The position numbers and the translations under genes were made by a program. The notes under the pieces are model-generated. The model did no database searches. It worked only from the letters and a program-made list of their open reading frames with translations, and was not told where the DNA came from. Shown here one piece after another: positions 54,940 to 64,000 of a stretch of DNA of 64,000 nucleotides. How positions within the stretch are numbered: position 1 is the first letter of the stretch; the number at the start of each line of letters is the position of its first letter. Source of the DNA: Eledone cirrhosa (taxonomy: Eukaryota); assembly GCA_964016885.1 (NCBI GenBank), contig OZ024741.1, positions 160,518,001-160,582,000 of the forward strand, in the 5' to 3' direction.

Positions 54940-57900
54940 CAAAACAGCAACCACCACAACAACAGCCACAACAACCACAACCACAACCTCAACAACGACC
55001 ACAACCTCAACAACAACCACAACCTCAACAACAACCACAACCTCAACAACGACCACAACCTCAACAACGACCACAACCTCAACAACAACCACAACCTCAA
55101 CAACGACAACAACCTCAACAACAACCACTACCTCAACAACGACCACAACCTCAACAACAACCACAACCTCAACAACCACCACAACAACAACCACTACAAC
55201 AACAACCACAACCTCAACAACAACCACTACCTCAACAACAACCACAACCTCAACAACGACCACAACCTCAACAACAACCTCAACCTCAACAACAACCACT
55301 ACCTCAACAACAACCACTACCTCAACAACAACCACTACCTCAACAACAACCACAACCTCAACAACAACCACAACCTCAACAACAACCACAACCACAACCT
55401 CAACAACAACCACAACCTCAACAACAACCACTACCTCAACAACAACCACAACCTCAACAACAACCACTACCTCAACAACAACCACAACCTCAACAACAAC
55501 CACTACCTCAACAACAACCACTAACTCAACAACAACCACAACCTCAACAACAACCACTACCTCAACAACGACCACAACCTCAACAACAACTACTACCTCA
55601 ACAACAACCACAACCTCAACAACAACCACTACCTCAACAACAACCACAACCTCAACAACAACCACTACCTCAACAACAACCACTACCTCAACAACAACCA
55701 CTACCTCAACAACAACCACAACCTCAACAACAACCACAACCTCAACAACAACCACTACCTCAACAACAACCACAACCTCAACAACAACCACTACCTCAAC
55801 AACAACCACTACCTCAACAACAACCACTACCTCAACAACAACCACAACCTCAACAACAACCACTACCTCAACAACAACCACAACCTCAACAACAACCACT
55901 ACCTCAACAACAACCACTACCTCAACAACAACCACTACCTCAACAACAACCACAACCTCAACAACAACCACAACCTCAACAACAACCACAACCTCAACAA
56001 CAACCACTACCTCAACAACAAACACAACCTCAACAACAACCACTACCTCAACCACAACCACTACCTCAACAACAACCACAACCTCAACAACAACCACAAC
56101 CTCAACAACAACCACTACCTCAACAACAACCACTACCTCAACAACAACCACTACCTCAACAACAACCACAACCTCAACAACAACCACTACCTCAACAACA
56201 ACCACAACCTCAACAACAACCACTACCTCAACAACAACCACTACCTCAACAACAACCACTACCTCAACAACAACCACAACCTCAACAACAACCACAACCT
56301 CAACAACAACCACTACCTCAACAACAACCACTACCTCAACAACGACCACAACCTCAACAACAACCACAACCTCAACAATAACCACTACCTCAACCACAAC
56401 CACTACCTCAACAACAACCACTACCTCAACAACAACCACAACCTCAACAACAACCACTACCTCAACCACAACCACTACCTCAACAACGACCACAACCTCA
56501 ACAACAACCACTACCTCAACAACAACCACAACCTCAACAACAACCACTACCTCAACAACAACCACAACCTCAACAACAACCACTACCTCAACCACAACCA
56601 CTACCTCAACAACGACCACAACCTCAACAACAACCACTACCTCAACAACGACCACAACCTCAACAACAACCACAACCTCAACAACAACCACAACCTCAAC
56701 AACAACCACAACCTCAACAACAACCACAACCTCAACAACAACCACTACCTCAACAACAACCACAACCTCAACAACAACCACAACCTCAACAACAACCACA
56801 ACCTCAACAACAACCACTACCTCAACAACAACCACAACCTCAACAACAACCACTACCTCAACCACAACCACTACCTCAACAACGACCACAACCTCAACAA
56901 CAACCACAATCTCAACAACAACCACAACCTCAACAACAACCACAACCTCAACAACAACCACTACCTCAACAACAACCACAACCTCAACGACAACCACTAC
57001 CTCAACAACAACCACAACCTCAACAACAACCACTACCTCAACCACAACCACTACCTCAACAACGACCACAACCTCAACAACGACCACTACCTCAACAACG
57101 ACCACAACCTCAACAACAACCACAACCTCAACAACAACCACAACCTCAACAACAACCACAACCTCAACAACAACCACAACCTCAACAACAACCACTACAT
57201 CAACAACAACCACAACCTCAACAACAACCACAACCTCAACCACAACCACTACCTCAACAACGACCACAACCTTAACAACAACCACAACCTCAACAACAAC
57301 CACAACCTCAACAACAACCACAACCTCAACAACAACCACAACCTCAACAACAACCACAACCTCAACAACAACCACAACCTCAACAACAACCACTACCTCA
57401 ACCACAACCACTACCTCAACAACGACCACAACCTCAACAACAACCACAACCTCAACAACAACCACAACCTCAACCACAACCACTACCTCAACAACGACCA
57501 CAACCTCAACAACAACCACAACCTCAACAACAACCACTACCTCAACCACAACCACTACCTCAACAACAACCACAACCTCAACAACGACCACAACCTCAAC
57601 AACAACCACAACCTCAACAACAACCACTACCTCAACCACAACCACTACCTCAACAACGACCACAACCTCAACAACAACCACAACCTCAACAACAACCACA
57701 ACCTCAACCACAACCACTACCTCAACAACGACCACAACCTCAACAACAACCACAACCTCAACAACAACCACTACCTCAACCACAACCACTACCTCAACAA
57801 CAACCACAACCTCAACAACAACCACAACCTCAACAACAACCACAACCTCAACAACAACCACTACCTCAACCACAACCACTACCTCAACAACGACCACAAC

Positions 57901-58000
57901 CTCAACAACAACCACAACCTCAACAACAACCACAACCTCAACAACAACCACAACCTCAACAACAACCACAACCTCAACAACAACCACTACCTCAACAGCA
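54940..58000. repeat. 18-bp minisatellite (acaacaaccacaacctca)n, ~170 units; open STTTTT frame
   Basis: Direct reading; ORF 54779-58216 is the translation of the repeat. Confidence 0.95.
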
Positions 58001-58589
58001 ACCAACACCACAACAACCAACACTTCAACTACTACTACCACCGCATCAACCACCAAAAGCAACAACAACAACAACAGCCTCAATAACAAAAAACAAAACA
58101 GCAACAACCACAACAACCACAACAACCTCAACAACAACCAACACCACAACAACCACTACCACTTCAACAACAACCACAGTAACAACTACTATGAGCACCA
58201 TCACTATCAACAATGAGAATACGAACTAGCGAGATAACCTCTATTTAGTCGGGTGATCTGCAAGAAATAGCAGCCAAATCTTCCCCGTGTCACGTTGGTT
58301 AATGTGGTTTTAGATTCTTTGTACATGGTAAAAGAAGAGTTGGTCATGACTGGAATGACTTTGAGTACATTTTTTATCAGTGTTGGACTAAAACAACAAC
58401 CCACAGCAACACAATATCACCACCATTAGCTCTACCACCGAACACCTACCACTACCACCACCACTACTGTCACCATTAACACCACCAACACTATAACCTT
58501 AACCACCATCGTCACTACCACCACCATTATCGCTACTACCATTATCACAACGACCACCACCACCATCAAAACTACCACCACAACTAACA

Positions 58590-59140
58590 GCACCACTGCT
58601 ATCAACAATACCCCACCACTACCATCACCACTACGACGACCACCACCATCAACACCACTACCATCACCATCACCAATACCACCACTACCATCACCATTAC
58701 CACAATTACCATCATCACTACGACCACGACCACTATCACCATCACTAATGCAACCACTACTATCACCATTACCACAACTACCATCACCACTACGACCACC
58801 ACCACCATCAACACTACCACCATCACTATCACCATCACCACTCCCATCAACAATACCCCCACAACTACCATCACCACTACGACCACCACCACCATCAACA
58901 CTACCACCATCACTACCAGCACCACTGCCATCAACAATACCCCCACAAGTACCATCACCACTACGACCACCACCACCATCAACACTACCACCATCACTAC
59001 CAGCACCACTGCCATCAACAATACCCCCACAACTACCATCACCACTACGACCACCACCACTATCAACATTACCACCATCACTATCACCATCACCAATACC
59101 ACCACTACCTCACCATTACCACAACTACCATCACCACTAA
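58590..59140. repeat. ~87-bp ACC-rich tandem repeat
   Basis: ccatcaacaatacccccacaactaccatcaccactacgaccaccaccaccatcaacactacc repeated about 4 times. Confidence 0.75.
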
Positions 59141-59315
59141 TACAACCACCATTACTACCGCCACTAGCACTAACCCCACTAACTCTGCCATCGTCACGAC
59201 TATTCCCACCACATACAAGATCACTACTATCAAGACTACCTACTATAAATAGCCCTACCACCAACTATACTACTAACACTATCACAACCACTATCACACT
59301 AACAACACCACTATC

Positions 59316-59492
59316 CAGGGCCTATCATAGTGGGGGGTTGGGGGGGTTCCAGCCGGTACTTTATTCCGGGGCCCAAGAGCTAAGAAGGTCCCACAGCAAC
59401 CATGCAACATCCATTTTGAGAAAAAATATTTGCCTGATTCGGGCCCCAAAGGGGTTTTGTACCGCCTTGCAAAATTTCTCTTGGAGGCCCTG
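59316..59492. mobile_element. hAT MITE
   Basis: TIR cagggcct / aggccctg; 8-bp TSD ccactatc / ccgctatc. Confidence 0.7.
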
Positions 59493-59947
59493 CCGCTATC
59501 ACCACTGCAGTTACCAATTCTATTGTCAATAAGAATGCCTTCAACACCACACCAACAATAACCATAACCACAATTACAACAACACTACAACCACTATCTC
59601 AACCGGAACTATTGGGTCGTTAAGTATGAAATTTGTAGAAATTTGGGGTTTTTTTGTACAAATTTCTACAAATTTCGTACTTGACGATCCAATACAAACA
59701 CAAATACAACTACAACCGCAACAACAACTACAACCAGAAATCTATAAGTATTTATATAAAGTTGGAATGCTACAAAGGTACATATTGTTTCGTTCTTAAC
59801 CAGAGCTGGTACTTTTGCCCTGATGGAGAATTTAAATTTGTCCTTCTATAATTACATGTACAAAAATAAGGGAAAATGGAGAGATATTTGTTGCGAATCG
59901 GTAGTGTAAATATACATATACCTGTCTGTGTGTGTGAGTGTGTGTGA

Positions 59948-60096
<149 letters not shown>

Positions 60097-60134
60097 TAGT
60101 ATTTATCACACTCTTATACGTGTCTTTGTCATGG

Positions 60135-60400
60135 GTTTTGTACCGCTTAGAAAGATTCTACCAACACTATCTGCACACCGTATTAAACACCCATTGGAGT
60201 GACTATGTTACCAACACAGAGGTCTTCGAGAAAGCTAAGACTACCAGTATTGAGACTACTCTTATGAAAACACAACTATGCTGGGCGGGGCGTGTTCCCA
60301 TAATGGCAAACCTTCACCTAGCAAAGATCGTAGTCAACGGATAATTGCCCTCTGGTTGTCGAAACAGCGGAGTGCCCCAAAAAGCAGTAAAAGAACAGAC
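60135..60400 (+). mobile_element. RTE-clade LINE fragment
   Basis: LERFYQHYLHTVLNTHWSDYVTNTEVFEKA..SIETTLMKTQLCWAGRV. Confidence 0.8.
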
Positions 60401-60619
60401 TGGGAAAGGCCCACAAAGTATGTAAGAATCAATCGGTCACATAGGTCACCAGCATGCATACATGCAGTGGGTGGGGACCCCGACTTTTCGGTATCTTCGT
60501 ATCGAAGTCATCGCCATCATCAATATGAAATAAGTATACATATCAGTGTGCATACATATATATATATGTATACATATATATATATATATTTATATATATG
60601 TACACACACACACACACTC

Positions 60620-60654
<35 letters not shown>

Positions 60655-60711
60655 GTTCGGATCTAACTGTCAAAACGGCCGGAGCTCAGCCGTCCGGGTC
60701 CTGATTCTTTT

Positions 60712-60755
<44 letters not shown>

Positions 60756-60800
60756 TAAACAAATAATGAACAAACAATTCCTTATATTAAACAAAAAAAG

Positions 60801-60955
60801 TTCACTATTTAACGATCGTTTCTAGGGTATATATGTGTTATAATTGGTATGCATATTTAACAGATCTATGTACAAAATTATACAAAATTATACAAATTAT
60901 CAAGATTAAATATACATACCTAACTCATATATACGCCGTCTTCAGAAATAATGAA
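60801..60955 (-). ncRNA. Type I hammerhead ribozyme with greatly extended stem II
   Basis: ttcattattt-CTGAAGA-cggcgtatatatg...(~90 nt)...catatataccta-GAAACGATCGTTA-aatagtgaa; ~9-bp stem I, palindromic AACGATCGTT stem III. Confidence 0.7.
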
Positions 60956-61721
60956 GTATATTTATTGATAATAACAACAATTCAAAATATCAGTTCAAAA
61001 TTGACCAATGAAAACACAAAGGGTTAAAAGCAGTTTGGTGTGTGTATATACATGTAAAAACCTTACACATATTTTACAATAATGTGTGTATAATTTGTAT
61101 GTGCATACTAAAAAGATGGATGCAAACACAAAATTTCAAGGTTAATATCTCTGTAAGCTTAATGCGCTGATAAGATACGCAATGATACTTATGGAGTCAA
61201 GCATATAAATATATTTTTTTCATACTCACACATATCAGTATAATCACACATATATGTGCGTATATGCATAAATATACACATAACCACGAACATACAAACA
61301 CACACACTCCCCCACTCACATTTATATATGTGGATATAAAATCATAAGCAAATAGAAATTAAGTCACTCACATAAAAAACACTGGCACACACATTTCAAG
61401 ATCAAGATACAGAAATTAGGTGGGAGGGGGGGGGAGGGGTCAGTATTAGATTGTCAGACCAGACTGCCTAATATAAATGTATCTATAAATTAAGAAAAAT
61501 AAGAAAATAAAAACAATAAAATATAATAAATATAATATGTACATACACATACAGATATACATACACATACATACATGTACGCGCACATAAAGATATTTAC
61601 ATATACATACATACACACATACCTATACAGTCATACACACACATACATTTATACGAACATACACATACACATATAAAAAGATATAAATACACACACACTC
61701 ACGCGCAACACATACACACAT

Positions 61722-61752
<31 letters not shown>

Positions 61753-61985
61753 CACCTATATACACACACACATAGACTCATATATATATATATACATATA
61801 CATACATATATATAAACATATATATCCACACACTCATACCACCATAAATACACATACAAACACCCACATGTATATATATATATATATATATATATATCCA
61901 CATACACACACGTACACATATATATATATATATACATACATACACATACATATATATATATACACACACATAAAAAACAGACATG

Positions 61986-62016
<31 letters not shown>

Positions 62017-62299
62017 TTCATTACTCTTATATATACACATAGTATATATACATACACAACCTCACTTATACACATATACACATAAGTTATATTACAATAA
62101 TAATAAAGAATAATATATATATAAATATATATATATACACACATACATATATACACATATATATATATATATACATACATACATACACATACATACATAC
62201 ACATAAATATATACATACATAAATACACACATACGAATAAAGACATATATTCACACATAGACACCTATATACACATATATATATATATATATATATATC

Positions 62300-62349
<50 letters not shown>

Positions 62350-64000
62350 CACACACACACACACACACAGACACACATACACACTCACATATATATATAT
62401 ATATATGTGTATGTGAGTGTGCGCAAATACACATATATATACACACACACATACAAACACACACAAACACATACATATGCATACGTGCACACACACACAC
62501 ATATATCACATAGATACGAAGATAAACATATAAATAGAGAGACATACAAATATATACAGAACCCATATACACATACATACAAACACGCATATACATATAC
62601 ATACATATATACACATATATATATATTCCTATATACAAGCATACACATACATACACATATATACATATACATACACATATACATACCACACATTCACATA
62701 CACATACATATATAATACATATATATACATATATATACATACATATGTATGTACAATCATATATACACACTCAATCTTACATTCATATTTACATGCTCAT
62801 ATATGTATTTTTATATTTAGAAATAAATACCAAAACCTATATAGACACCCACCTACACATATATTCATACATATACGCTTACAAAAACAGATGATAATAG
62901 TATGGGGGAAAGGGGGGGTTTGGAGAAGGGGATCAAAGTAAATATATGTTTCAAGAAACATATAATATTTTCCGTATCTTAATTCAATGTATGTTCTTAC
63001 ATATTTTCAGTGCTAGGAAATACGAAATCTATGCATCTCAAAACAAAAAAGTAAACCATTAATCATATGTTAACTAAACCAAAGATAGTCAACATATTGA
63101 TTTCCAAGGTGTAAATTAGTTAGGTTTATAATATTTGAAGCAGAATTATGAAGTCAAACAGTAGTAGATTATTAATTACATTATAACTAAATTAAAGTTA
63201 ATAACGTTATGGTATCAATATTAGGAGATGAATTTAGTAATAGGGAAAAGAAACCCAAATAAAAATAAAATAAAGTATTACATCGGTAGTAGCATATAAA
63301 TTATGTGTTAACTAAATTAAAAATTATATATTTATTTCAATAGTATACGTTAATTAGTATATGTTAATTAGGTATACAATACATAAAGCAGATATTGTAT
63401 TTCATCAATAGCATAATATAATTATATGCAAATAAAAATCAAAATTAATACGCATACATATACATATACATCCACATACACATATATATACATATACACA
63501 CATATATATATATATATATACATATATATACACATACATACATATATACTCACATAAAAATACATACAGATACACATACAACACACACATATATACATAT
63601 ACATATAGATATACATATCATTTTCAAAAAATTACACAGAATATATTAACTAGGTATATATCCAAAACACATCCCATTCTATGATTACATGACATTCTGC
63701 AATTCGTCTGTACAAGGATACTAATTTTAAGCAAATTAAAATTAAAGTTTTAGGTTGATTAAAACTAAAACCAAATAATAAATATATTTCCAAAATGTAT
63801 ATTAATTAGGTCTATAATACTAAAAATTCTTTCTCCGTCATTGGATACATGATATTATTTTGTTATATTTTATCTGTAAAAGAATTATAATAAAAAAAAA
63901 AAAAAAAAATTATTATAATAAAAGGTTAAAATAAATTAAAATTAATCTATAAATTAAATTACTGAGTATATATTAGTAATATTTAAAGGTTTTTCAAAAT

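Noticed and set aside
54745-58152. 1135-aa (EVVVVV)n minus-strand ORF
   Set aside because: Antisense reading of the 18-bp minisatellite; implausible protein.

Overview
Gene-poor, AT-rich eukaryotic DNA, most consistent with an octopus/cephalopod genome (inferred from the (TA)n/(TG)n load and SINE types). I could not support any host protein-coding gene. Most long ORFs in the track are translated microsatellites. The window is a mosaic of microsatellites, three large minisatellites, many tRNA-derived SINEs, LINE fragments (RTE, Tx1/L1, R4/Dong, CR1-like), hAT-type MITEs and a Helitron-like element. It also holds three Penelope-like elements (PLEs) from apparently different clades: Neptune-like (+43990-47515, one frameshift), Nematis-like (-29780-31262) and Hydra-like (-31270-34460). 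The most striking signal is non-coding. About a dozen hammerhead-ribozyme (HHR) motifs occur on both strands, including a canonical type I HHR at 41763-41852 (-) inside a ribozyme cluster with 632-bp periodicity, and one with a ~110-nt stem II at 60801-60955 (-). At least eight fold-back (inverted-repeat) units sit in (TA)n arrays, most built from HHR-bearing PLE termini. All motif and structure calls were made by eye, without folding or database searches.
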